Below, piece after piece: positions 38,774 to 48,700 of a stretch of 64,000 bases of DNA (positions within the stretch are counted from its first letter, which is position 1; every line of letters begins with the position of its first letter). The notes beneath the pieces were generated by a model that saw nothing but the letters and a program-made list of their open reading frames with translations, ran no database searches and had not been told where the DNA came from. The position numbers were made by a program, and so were the translations under genes. Source of the stretch: a bacterium (lineage in GTDB: Bacteria > Bacteroidota > Ignavibacteria > UBA10030); NCBI GenBank assembly GCA_043803945.1, contig JAZDJN010000087.1, positions 96,001 through 160,000 of the forward strand, in the 5' to 3' direction.

Positions 38774-40840
38774 ATGAAAAAGTTATTCTTCCTCTCGTTG
38801 ATAATCACACAAACCGTATTTGCTCAATGGTTCTGGCAAAATCCCCTTCCGTTAAGTCATATACTCCAAAGTGTCCACTTCACCGATGCCAATACAGGAA
38901 CGGCTGTGGGGTTTGGCGGCTCAATTCTACGTACTACGAATGGAGGTATAAGCTGGACGATTCAGTTTTTCAACAATGAGCTTATTTTCAATAGCGTCTT
39001 CTTCATAGATGCAAATAATGGAACAGCAGTGGGAGTTCCTGGTGTCATTTATCGTACCACCAATGGCGGTGCAAAGTGGACGAGCCAAACCAGCGGAACG
39101 ACAAATAACCTCAATGGTGTCTTCTTCACCGATCCCAACACGGGAACAGCGGTGGGAGATGGCGATAAAATTCTCCGCACGACCAATGGTGGTGCAACCT
39201 GGACGAGTCAAACGAGCGGAATAACAAGCGCTCTCAGAAGTGTTTTCTTCACTGATGCCAATACTGGGACAGTGGTTGGAAATAGTGGAACCATTCTTCG
39301 CACTACGAATGGTGGAGCGACCTGGGTGAGCCAAACAAGTGGAACAACGACTGGCTTTTCAAATATCTTCTTCACCAACGCCAATGTTGGAACAGCCGTT
39401 GGCGGTGGTGGAAAAATTCTCCGCACTACTGATGCCGGTGCCACCTGGACGAGCCAAACAAGCGGAACAACCAGACCACTTATGTGCGTCTTCTTCACCG
39501 ATACTAACACAGGAACGGCGGTGGGAGAAAGTGGCACAATTCTTCGGACCACCAATGGAGGTGCCGCATGGACAAGTCAATCAAGCGGTACAATTTATAC
39601 ACTCTATGGTGCCTTCTTCACTAATGCGAACACTGGAATAGTGGTCGGAATGTACGGTACGATTCTTCGCACCACTGACAGTGGTGCAAGTTGGGTGAAC
39701 CAATTATCTGGAAATTCAAGCCAGATCTTTGGTGTCGCCTTCACCAGTGCCACGACAGGAACAGCGGTGGGAGCAGGGACAATTCTTCGTACCACCACTG
39801 GCGGCGCAAGCTGGACAAGCCAATCTGTCGGAGTAACTGTCGGACTCAATGGTGTATCGTTCACCGACGCCAATATAGGAACAGCGGTGGGAACAGGCGG
39901 TGCAATATTTCGCACTACCAATGGGGGAACAACATGGACGCTCCAGACAAGTGGAACAAAGACTGATCTCAATAGTGTCTCCTTTACCGATGCTAATAGA
40001 GGAACAGCGGTGGGATGGTATGGCACAATCCTTCGCACAAACGATGGTGGTGCAACCTGGACGAGCCAGACTAGCGGAATCACAACCACGCTCTATGGCG
40101 TCTTTTTCACCGATGCCAACATAGGAACCGCAGTTGGAGATGGCACGGCAATATTACGCACAACAAATGGCGGAGCAAGCTGGACAAAACAGTCAATGAT
40201 GTACAATCTCCGGGGCGTTTATTTTAGCGATACCAATACAGGAACTGTGGTAGGAGAAAGTGGCAGAATTTTTCGTACTACCGATGGCGGCACAACATGG
40301 ACAAGGCAAACAAGTGGAACGGTATTTAATCTTTATGGCGTCTCCTTCATCGGTACCAACATAGGAGTTGCAGTAGGAACCTGGGGCACAATTCTACGCA
40401 CTACCAATGGTGGTTCAAGTTGGACAATCCAATCAAGCGGAACGACGAATGGGCTGCGCGCTGTCTCTTTCACCGATGCGAATACAGGAACAGCGGTTGG
40501 AGAAATCGGGACAATTCTTCGCACCACCAATGGCGGGATTACTGCGGTTGAAGAGTCTGTCGGTACGACAATCCCTGCAGGTTTTTCGTTACTGCAGAAC
40601 TACCCGAACCCATTTAATCCGAGTACAATAATCAGTTATCAGTTGCCGGTTCAAAGTTTTGTTAATTTAAAGGTGTTCGATGTGATTGGTCGAGAAGTGG
40701 AAACTCTTGTGAACGAAAGTCAATCTCCAGGTTTCTATCAAGTCCCATGGCAACCGAAATTTCTTTGTAGCGGGATATACTTTTATCGCATGACCACCGA
40801 TCGGTATTCACTTGTTAGGAAGATGATACTTCAGAGATAA
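38774..40840 (+). CDS. YCF48-like/BNR repeat protein (14 ~41-aa repeats) with T9SS C-terminal domain
   Basis: ATG 38774 after GAGGTG; repeats 'L..V.F.D.N.G.AVG..G.ILRTT.GG.TW'; LLQNYPNPFNP...SGIYFY..KM. Confidence 0.9.
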   Translation: MKKLFFLSLIITQTVFAQWFWQNPLPLSHILQSVHFTDANTGTAVGFGGSILRTTNGGISWTIQFFNNELIFNSVFFIDANNGTAVGVPGVIYRTTNGGAKWTSQTSGTTNNLNGVFFTDPNTGTAVGDGDKILRTTNGGATWTSQTSGITSALRSVFFTDANTGTVVGNSGTILRTTNGGATWVSQTSGTTTGFSNIFFTNANVGTAVGGGGKILRTTDAGATWTSQTSGTTRPLMCVFFTDTNTGTAVGESGTILRTTNGGAAWTSQSSGTIYTLYGAFFTNANTGIVVGMYGTILRTTDSGASWVNQLSGNSSQIFGVAFTSATTGTAVGAGTILRTTTGGASWTSQSVGVTVGLNGVSFTDANIGTAVGTGGAIFRTTNGGTTWTLQTSGTKTDLNSVSFTDANRGTAVGWYGTILRTNDGGATWTSQTSGITTTLYGVFFTDANIGTAVGDGTAILRTTNGGASWTKQSMMYNLRGVYFSDTNTGTVVGESGRIFRTTDGGTTWTRQTSGTVFNLYGVSFIGTNIGVAVGTWGTILRTTNGGSSWTIQSSGTTNGLRAVSFTDANTGTAVGEIGTILRTTNGGITAVEESVGTTIPAGFSLLQNYPNPFNPSTIISYQLPVQSFVNLKVFDVIGREVETLVNESQSPGFYQVPWQPKFLCSGIYFYRMTTDRYSLVRKMILQR

Positions 40841-40933
40841 CTGGATTGTTAACGAAATGGATGATGTAGTAGTACGACAGATTTCTAGAAAGAATAGTTC
40901 ATGTTAATTCGGTTTTCGATAAGGGGAACCTAT

Positions 40934-42280
40934 ATGAAAAAGTTTTTCTCTTGCCTGCTACCGTTGATCATAACTGCATTAGCTTTGGTTGGAGAGACTT
41001 CACCTCTCAAAGCGCAAACCCCAGGCTGGAGTGTTTCGCTCTGTAAGGTATGTTTCACCCCACAACAAAAAGAAGGGTATTGTGTAGGATGTAAAGAGTA
41101 CAAGAGCTTAACAAATGAAGAAGCTAAAATATGTACACATTGTTATGTAAAAACTGATATGTATATAAAGAATTGTTGTTATGTATGTTCAAGTAACGCT
41201 GGAAGAGGCGGTTTTGCACGATTATGCCGAAGTTGTGCTAAAAAAAATCAATGTATTGATTGCAGAAAATATTTAGGCAGCGGTAATGCTCCTGACGAAA
41301 CAGGAGACACTCGAAAAGTGATAGAACGGTACACCGTGAGAATTACAATCCCTGGTCAAAAAGAAATATTCATGAGTAGCTTCAATAAAGGAGTTGAAGC
41401 TCTCGGGAACAAAGAATACGAAGAAGCGATAAAATATTTCGATATAGAAATTAAGGAGGATCCTGACTACTACGAAGCCTATTATCAAAAGGCATCAACT
41501 CTGATTTCATTAAAGAGAGAGGAAGAAGCTGGACCCTTCCTAAAAAAAGCGATTGATCTTAACGTTCCTTATAGTAATTCCTATCTAGTCTATGCCGGCA
41601 TTTGTGAATTATATCATAAAGATTATGAGCAGGCAATAAAATACTATGAACTGGGATTCGAGCTTAAACCAGAGGAAACTGGTTTTAGAGGGAATCTTAT
41701 CGGTCTTTATCAACAATTAGGCAAACTTGATGATGCATTAAAGCATGCCAACATATTGTGCACTCTTTTGCCTAATAGTGCTGAAGCGTTATCTCAAAAA
41801 GCGGAGTTGCTATTTAACTCTAAGAAGTGGAATGAGGCGATACCGATCTATGAGCAAATAATATCAATGGATCCGGACCATGCAATTGGTGCTTACTATT
41901 ACTTGGGACTTTCTCTATATCAGGTGGATCAATTTGAAAACGCCAGAGAGAATTGGAAAAAGTTTGCTGAGATTGACGAAAAGAAAAGATCCGATCCTTA
42001 TGCTTTACTTGCCGTTTGTGAAATGAAATTAAATAATCCTATTGAAGCAGAAAAGTACTGTGAAACAACTCTTGAGCTATTGAAGGATGAGAATCCGTCT
42101 GTTTTTTACAACCTTGCATGTGCCTATTCGTTGTTAAACAAAGTTGATAAAGGCTTAGAACTTTTAGAAAAAGCGTTGAAGACCGGACAAGTAAATATTC
42201 CTTATATGGAATCGGATAAGGATTTAATAAATGTAAGACAAACCGAGGGCTACAAAGAGCTGATATCTAAATATAAATAG
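40934..42280 (+). CDS. Secreted protein with a six-CxxC zinc domain (PHF5-like) followed by TPRs
   Basis: Signal peptide; CKVC/CVGC/CTHC/CYVC/CRSC/CIDC; multiple TPRs ending YNLAC.YS...D.DL. Confidence 0.85.
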   Translation: MKKFFSCLLPLIITALALVGETSPLKAQTPGWSVSLCKVCFTPQQKEGYCVGCKEYKSLTNEEAKICTHCYVKTDMYIKNCCYVCSSNAGRGGFARLCRSCAKKNQCIDCRKYLGSGNAPDETGDTRKVIERYTVRITIPGQKEIFMSSFNKGVEALGNKEYEEAIKYFDIEIKEDPDYYEAYYQKASTLISLKREEEAGPFLKKAIDLNVPYSNSYLVYAGICELYHKDYEQAIKYYELGFELKPEETGFRGNLIGLYQQLGKLDDALKHANILCTLLPNSAEALSQKAELLFNSKKWNEAIPIYEQIISMDPDHAIGAYYYLGLSLYQVDQFENARENWKKFAEIDEKKRSDPYALLAVCEMKLNNPIEAEKYCETTLELLKDENPSVFYNLACAYSLLNKVDKGLELLEKALKTGQVNIPYMESDKDLINVRQTEGYKELISKYK

Positions 42281-42363
42281 CACTTGGTTATAGAGAAAAT
42301 AATGTGAGCGAATGAATCTAACCCTAAGATGTCTATCAACAATACCATAAAGGAGTGACCACA

Positions 42364-43131
42364 ATGAGAAAGCTATCACTCATTATTCTCATGCTGCTGC
42401 CATTCATGATTTCGACAGCACAGTATCAGGATGAATTTTACAACAACGGGACTGCCATCGGTGTCTGTTATACTTCTATTGGACATAATATGACTCCAGT
42501 CAGAGGAAAAGTCACTACGAGCGATGGAGAGAGACCCTATAAATCAAGCGGAAGCATGTTTGGCTTCACACTGTTTACCGAATGGAATCAAACAGGTGCA
42601 TGGAAGTATAATTGGAGTTACAAATCGCACTTTATCGATGATTTCGTTGCCATCCTGCAAGCTATCAAGAATATGAACGACGCTAACAAAGAGGCATCGC
42701 CATGGTTCTATTGTTTTCTTGAAGCCAATAACGGGCTGAATGTGTATTACGATCGATCAACAAGGGTTGCTGCCGGTTTATCGTTCAACATTTTTCAGCT
42801 CGAATTTTGGGCAAGCAATGGAGAGTATAATGCCCAGCGCGGCCTCTATTTTAATTTCGGACCCTATGTGAACGGTGACTATATGCTCTCGAATGACCTT
42901 CTCTTGAAAATGGGGTTTTCGACCACCTTTCCTGTGAGCGGCGTCAAGGGTGCAAAAAAACCGGTCTTTATAAACTTTACGCCCGGAATTATGATGAATA
43001 ACGGGCTGTACTTCGGCATCGATTACACCATCATCAGCGGGTTGGAAGATTCTGCACCGGGTAAAACCGGCACAAGCTTAAGCGGCTCTCGATTTGAATT
43101 AAAGTTCGCTCTGTTTACCGATATTCTGTAA
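42364..43131 (+). CDS. Hypothetical exported protein, probable outer-membrane beta-barrel
   Basis: Signal peptide, alternating aromatic beta-strand pattern; AAAGGAG SD. Confidence 0.65.
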   Translation: MRKLSLIILMLLPFMISTAQYQDEFYNNGTAIGVCYTSIGHNMTPVRGKVTTSDGERPYKSSGSMFGFTLFTEWNQTGAWKYNWSYKSHFIDDFVAILQAIKNMNDANKEASPWFYCFLEANNGLNVYYDRSTRVAAGLSFNIFQLEFWASNGEYNAQRGLYFNFGPYVNGDYMLSNDLLLKMGFSTTFPVSGVKGAKKPVFINFTPGIMMNNGLYFGIDYTIISGLEDSAPGKTGTSLSGSRFELKFALFTDIL

Positions 43132-43193
43132 CTACTTCAGCAATCGAAGCATGACCCAACCCACGAACCATTATTACGCAGGAGGATCTATTC

Positions 43194-45656
43194 ATGAAAC
43201 CCAGATTGATTGTTCTTTCGCTGTTCCTCGTCATCGTTACCATCTCAGCCCAACAAGTACCCAAGTGGGCGCTTGAATTAGACGATCCGATAGAAGGTTA
43301 TAGTTTTTTGCGTGATGGAAATTTCCTTTTTCTCAGGGCTGCAGAAAATGCCTACCTTTATGATGCGACTTCCGGTCAGAAAGTGTATGCCCTCAATGTC
43401 GATGGGTATGAAGCAAAAGGTGTACACGAGCTTGTCGGAGAGAAGTATCTTGTAAGCACGAGCGATAATCTTCGATGCTATGATGCAATGATAGGCAAAT
43501 TGCTCTGGGAAAAAGAATACAAGGATATCGATCAGGATGAATTCACAGAGCTTCGGTTTATCGGGGATATCTGTGTTTTGCGTTATGGGTTGAATCACGT
43601 TGCCATTAACCTGACTGCCGGAAACGAGATCTGGCGCCAGCGCCTTTCGTACAACAAAGACGTATCCGATAAAGGCGGTTGGAACATCCTGTCGCTCGAT
43701 AAGCAAAAGAAGCTATTGGTATTACTCGATTCAGATGCACTCGGGCTGTATAATTATTCAGATGGAAAAGAAACGTTATATCAAAAAGATATTGAAATAG
43801 ACGGAGACCTTGTTGAGAAGAAGCAACAATGGTGTTACATCTCGCAGGATCAACGCTATGTTCTCTTCACTCTCGATGGCGCTGTGGCTATTATTGATGT
43901 CCAGGGGAATAAGGAAATATTCAGAAAGAAAACCTCGTTCGACGATGAAAAGGGGGCAGTTTTTCCTACGGAGAGCGGGTGCGCTGTGCTCGGCAAGGAA
44001 GCGGTGGTGTTCCTCGATCAAAATACCGGAAAGGTCGCAGAAGTTGATGTATCGATAGATGATTTTCGAACATTTGAAATTATGAAGGTCGGCAACCAGG
44101 AAATTCTCTTTGCCGGCCTGAAACATGAAATGTTTGCTGTCGACCTTGCAGCAGGAATAGTTCTCTGGAGATCGAAGAAAGATGATCCTCAGTTCAAGGG
44201 ATATGCCCATCGGTACATTAAGATGGATGGCAACGCTCTGATCGTTACCTATACCTGGACTGGTGGTAACGGTTGTGATCTCTTTCTCATGAGTATCGAT
44301 GCTCTCACAGGAAAAGTAAATTACCGAACACCGTCATTAAGCAACTGTCCCTATGCAACTGCAGATTGGGCACGATCGATTTTTGGCGGGCTGTCAAAAT
44401 TCCTCGGCGCAAAAGACGTTGCCCGATCCCTGGGATGGGATAATATCGGGTACAATTACATTGTGGAAGAGTTTGAGGGAAATCTCGTGTTCGGTGTTCT
44501 TTCTATAAGTCCGCTGCGGAATCCTCAGACCGAAGAATCGGCTGGCGACGGCATTGCCATTATTAATCCCAAGACCGGTGAAGTAGTGTTCAAAGATTAC
44601 CTGCGCTTGAGTGATTACTCCCTTTTGTCTGTTGGTGCAATACGCTATGCCGATATGATGCCCTACATCGATGGCAACATTGCCTATCTGATAGGAGATG
44701 AAAATATCGCAGCGTACGATCTCAAAGCAAAGAAGCGACTGTGGCTGAACAAGGAAACCATCAAAGCGATCCCGAGAGAGGCCATGGTGGTTGATGGTGT
44801 TCTGTTTGTTAAATTCGGAGAATACAAATTCAATGTCTCTGTCACCGAGCCAGCCATACCGCCATTTGATTCCCCCTCGATGACGATACAGGATAAATGG
44901 GACAAAGATCCCTATGGCTTTGCTGCCTACGATGCATCGACCGGGGCACTGCTCTGGCGCATTGAAACAGAAGTCGATCCCAGCTTTTTGACGCCAAACT
45001 TTTCATTGAAGAACAATTACGATCCGGCGACAAAACGGTTGTACTACGGTGATGAGGAAAATATTTATGCATTACAGATGCGGCGCGATGGAGGGAAGTT
45101 CGACTACACTTTCAATTTGAGTAAGAATAATCTTGGAGAAATGTCTTTCAAAAAAACCTATGCAATCTCAGAATGGCCCATCGGCAGCGTGCGATATGGA
45201 TTCTATGATACCTATACGGAAGTAACCACCACGGTTGGGGGAAAAGAATTTGGCAGATTCATTTCAGCAGCAGAAGAAGCAGATGCGACAACAAGTTATT
45301 CTTTCTTCTTTACGGTGTGGGGCGTCGCAGCAAAGAAATGTCTCAGGGTCGTGTATGATCAGAATGCAATCTTCACCATGGCAAAGGAAGGAATTGCTCT
45401 CATTAATGCTGCGGATGGTAAACCCCGGTGGGTCCATCCATGGGAGTACGATCAGGATAATGTTCAATATTCCCCGGTAATCATCGGCGATAAACTCGTG
45501 TATTGTATTGAACGACAGCTCACATCTGTTGATATGAAAACCGGAAAGACTCTCTGGCAGTCAAAGGAATCAAAACGACCAATCGTCCTGATATCACCGA
45601 ATGAGAAATATATCTATACGATCGATAAAGAACTGATCAAAGGATATCAACTCTAA
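43194..45656 (+). CDS. PQQ-like beta-propeller repeat protein
   Basis: Repeated 'A.D..TG..(L/V)W' motifs; signal peptide; AGGAGG SD. Confidence 0.8.
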   Translation: MKPRLIVLSLFLVIVTISAQQVPKWALELDDPIEGYSFLRDGNFLFLRAAENAYLYDATSGQKVYALNVDGYEAKGVHELVGEKYLVSTSDNLRCYDAMIGKLLWEKEYKDIDQDEFTELRFIGDICVLRYGLNHVAINLTAGNEIWRQRLSYNKDVSDKGGWNILSLDKQKKLLVLLDSDALGLYNYSDGKETLYQKDIEIDGDLVEKKQQWCYISQDQRYVLFTLDGAVAIIDVQGNKEIFRKKTSFDDEKGAVFPTESGCAVLGKEAVVFLDQNTGKVAEVDVSIDDFRTFEIMKVGNQEILFAGLKHEMFAVDLAAGIVLWRSKKDDPQFKGYAHRYIKMDGNALIVTYTWTGGNGCDLFLMSIDALTGKVNYRTPSLSNCPYATADWARSIFGGLSKFLGAKDVARSLGWDNIGYNYIVEEFEGNLVFGVLSISPLRNPQTEESAGDGIAIINPKTGEVVFKDYLRLSDYSLLSVGAIRYADMMPYIDGNIAYLIGDENIAAYDLKAKKRLWLNKETIKAIPREAMVVDGVLFVKFGEYKFNVSVTEPAIPPFDSPSMTIQDKWDKDPYGFAAYDASTGALLWRIETEVDPSFLTPNFSLKNNYDPATKRLYYGDEENIYALQMRRDGGKFDYTFNLSKNNLGEMSFKKTYAISEWPIGSVRYGFYDTYTEVTTTVGGKEFGRFISAAEEADATTSYSFFFTVWGVAAKKCLRVVYDQNAIFTMAKEGIALINAADGKPRWVHPWEYDQDNVQYSPVIIGDKLVYCIERQLTSVDMKTGKTLWQSKESKRPIVLISPNEKYIYTIDKELIKGYQL

Positions 45657-45766
45657 TCAGCGATAGTATGTTGAGCAGTAAACTTCTTCTGTTAGAATTG
45701 ATCTGACACAGAATGGGGACAATTCAATTCTCTTGAAATTGTTCCCCCATAGAGAGGGGATTATCT

Positions 45767-48700
45767 ATGCGTTCACTCCTTCGAATATTCACGTTTATCC
45801 TTACTACAGCTGTTACCCTTGCACAGGTTCCAACCATTACATCATTCTCACCTCGCTCTGGTCCTATGGAAACCATGGTAACAATACAAGGCACAAATTT
45901 CAGCACAGTACCAAGCGAGAATATCGTCTACTTTGGCGGCGTGCGGGCAACCGTAACTTCGGCAACTTCGACATCCCTCGGAGTTGCCGTTCCGCCAGGT
46001 GCGATGCTCGCACCTGTGACAGTCACTGTCGGCGGTCTCACTGCTGCCTCAACGTTGCCATTTATCACAACATTCGCAGGCAGTCAAAGCATTGACAATT
46101 CCTCCTTTGCTCCAAAGGCCGACTTTTCAACGCAGGTACCTTCTGAGATCGTTCACACTGCCGATCTGAATAGTGATGGCAAACTTGACATCATTACAAG
46201 CTATAATATTCTGCGTAACACCAGCTCAACCGCCCTCTCGTTCGCCGCAGGTGTTCCACATACGTTGGGACTGGGGGCTTTTGGTACCGATATGGCTGCC
46301 GACGACTTTGATGGCGATGGCAAACTTGACTTATGGGGGTACTCTCAAAGCAGCGGATTTCTTTACATCGCTCGAAATACATCCTCAGGCGATGGTATTT
46401 CTTTTACCACTCCAATCAGCATATTAATATCTTCTATTCGATCTCTTTCCATAGGGGATCTCGATTTCGATGGGAAACCTGATATTCTTGTTTGTGCTGG
46501 CATAACAATTGGAGTCTATCGCAATACCAGCACGAAAGGATCTATCTCCTTTGCGCCGCTTACTACAATCAGCACATGGATTACCTCGTTTCCATCAAGC
46601 GCTGTGCTTTCCGATCTTGACAATGACGGTAAGAATGAGGTGGTCGTTTCTAGTGGTGATAATTCAATGGTGGTCTTTAAGAATTCAAGCACGCCGGGAA
46701 ACTTCTCCTTCCCATCGCCCACAACGATCCCTGTGAATGCGACAGGATTTCGGATGACCTCCGCTGATCTGGATAATGACGGGACAATTGATCTGATGCT
46801 CGAACGAAATAATGTGATCTCGGTACTCCGGAATACGACAACGCCCGGCTCGTTCTCGTTCGCTGCACCATTCACTCTACAACTCAACTCGACCGCAGTG
46901 CAGAATTATGACCTTGGAGATCTGAATGGCGACGGCAAGATCGATCTTGTCATCGTCAATCAAAACGATGTACGGATCATTCTCAATAAAAGCACCTCAG
47001 GAAATCTCTCATTCTCGCCTGTTGTCAACATTGAACTTGGTGTTCAATTATGGCCTTTTGGGGTTGCAGTCGGTGATTTCGATAATGATGGACGTTCGGA
47101 TATCGCATCTGCAAATAAGTACTCTATGTCCACATCAGTATTTCGCAACGTGGTAACACCACCGCCTCAAAATGTCCTCACAATCACATCGGTAAGCCCG
47201 TTGTCGGGTCCCATCGGAACCACGGTGACAATTACAGGCAGCAATTTCAATGTAACTCCTTTGAACAATGTCGTCTACTTTGGCGCGACTCGTGCAACTG
47301 TGGTTACCGCCTCCTCTGTTTCCCTGACAGTAACCGTTCCTCTGGGTGCGACCCATGAACCGATTACTCTAGTGACTAATGGCATGATGACGCATTCGGC
47401 TTCGGAATTCAACGTAACCTTTCCGAGTCAGAATGTAATCCACACCGGCGCATTCTTCCGTAACATCGATATACCAACCGCAAAGAAGCCTATCGATATG
47501 GTCGTTAACGATTTTGATAACAACGGAAAATCTGATATCGCTTTGATCGGACGGGCAGATACGATGATTCAGATATTCAGGAATACAAGCGATTACGGCA
47601 CGCCGCCCTTCACGAAACATCTGGAACTGCCAGCCATACGTTCGGGAAAGGGATTAACAGATTTCTTCATCTACAGCCTTTGCGGCGGTGATGTCAACAG
47701 CGATGGCAAATTGGATCTCATAGCAATCTGCTACGACACAATTGTGGTTTATCCAAACACCAGCACGGCTGGATCAATATCCTTTGGCACCAAGGTGAGC
47801 TTTCCGGCGGAGGGGATCCAGTGGGGTGATGCTGCACTTGGCGATCTGGATGCCGATGGAAAGCTTGATCTTGCCGTGATAAAAACCGATGCAACACTCT
47901 CCATCATGCGCAATCTCAGCTCAGGCTCAACCATTCTCTTTGGATCACCCAGTCCAGTCGCAGCAGCGGTTGCCCACGACATTAAGGTCATCGACCTTGA
48001 TGCGGATGGACGACCTGAAATCATCGTACGCGGCGGTGAAACCAACATTCAGGTTTTCCGCAATACGAGCACACCAGGTGCAATTTCATTTGCCTCGCCA
48101 CTTATATTCACAACAGATCTGAACGCTACCTCGCTCGACATCGCCGATATCAACAACGATGGGAAACAGGATATCGTTGTTGCCTGTTGGGGCGGATTTT
48201 CGGTTTTCCTGAACTCCAGCAGTGCTGGCACATTGTCGTTAGCTCCAAAACAAACGATTACGCCTGCCATGGGAATCGAAGTTCAAGCATTAGCCTTCAG
48301 TGATATTGACGGTGATGGAAAACCCGATATGGTCGTAACCTGGTACAGCGTTCAAGGCTATGGCTCCTTCTTCAAAGTACTGAAGAACACCAGCTCCGGC
48401 AGCACAGTATCGTTTTCTTCTGCAGTGAATTTCATGACCCCGGATCGCTGCAACCCATTTTTCGTTGCCGATCTGGACAATGATTCGAAGCCCGATATTC
48501 TTATCCCCAATCCAGCGAAGAATACATTCTCGCTCTATTGGAACACCGTCTGGCCGCCGCAAATCAGCAAGCCGGTGATTCAATCCATCTCGCCCACAAC
48601 CGGTCAAATGGGAACAAAATTTACAATCACCGGCTCTGGCTTCGATCCAACACCAACGAAAAACAATGTCTATTTCGGTGGTGCGCGGGCAGAGATTCTC

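Noticed and set aside
38840-40540. Regular ~123-bp repeats as a possible CRISPR array
   Set aside because: They are degenerate, in-frame coding repeats of a propeller protein; no identical repeats with unique spacers and no cas genes.
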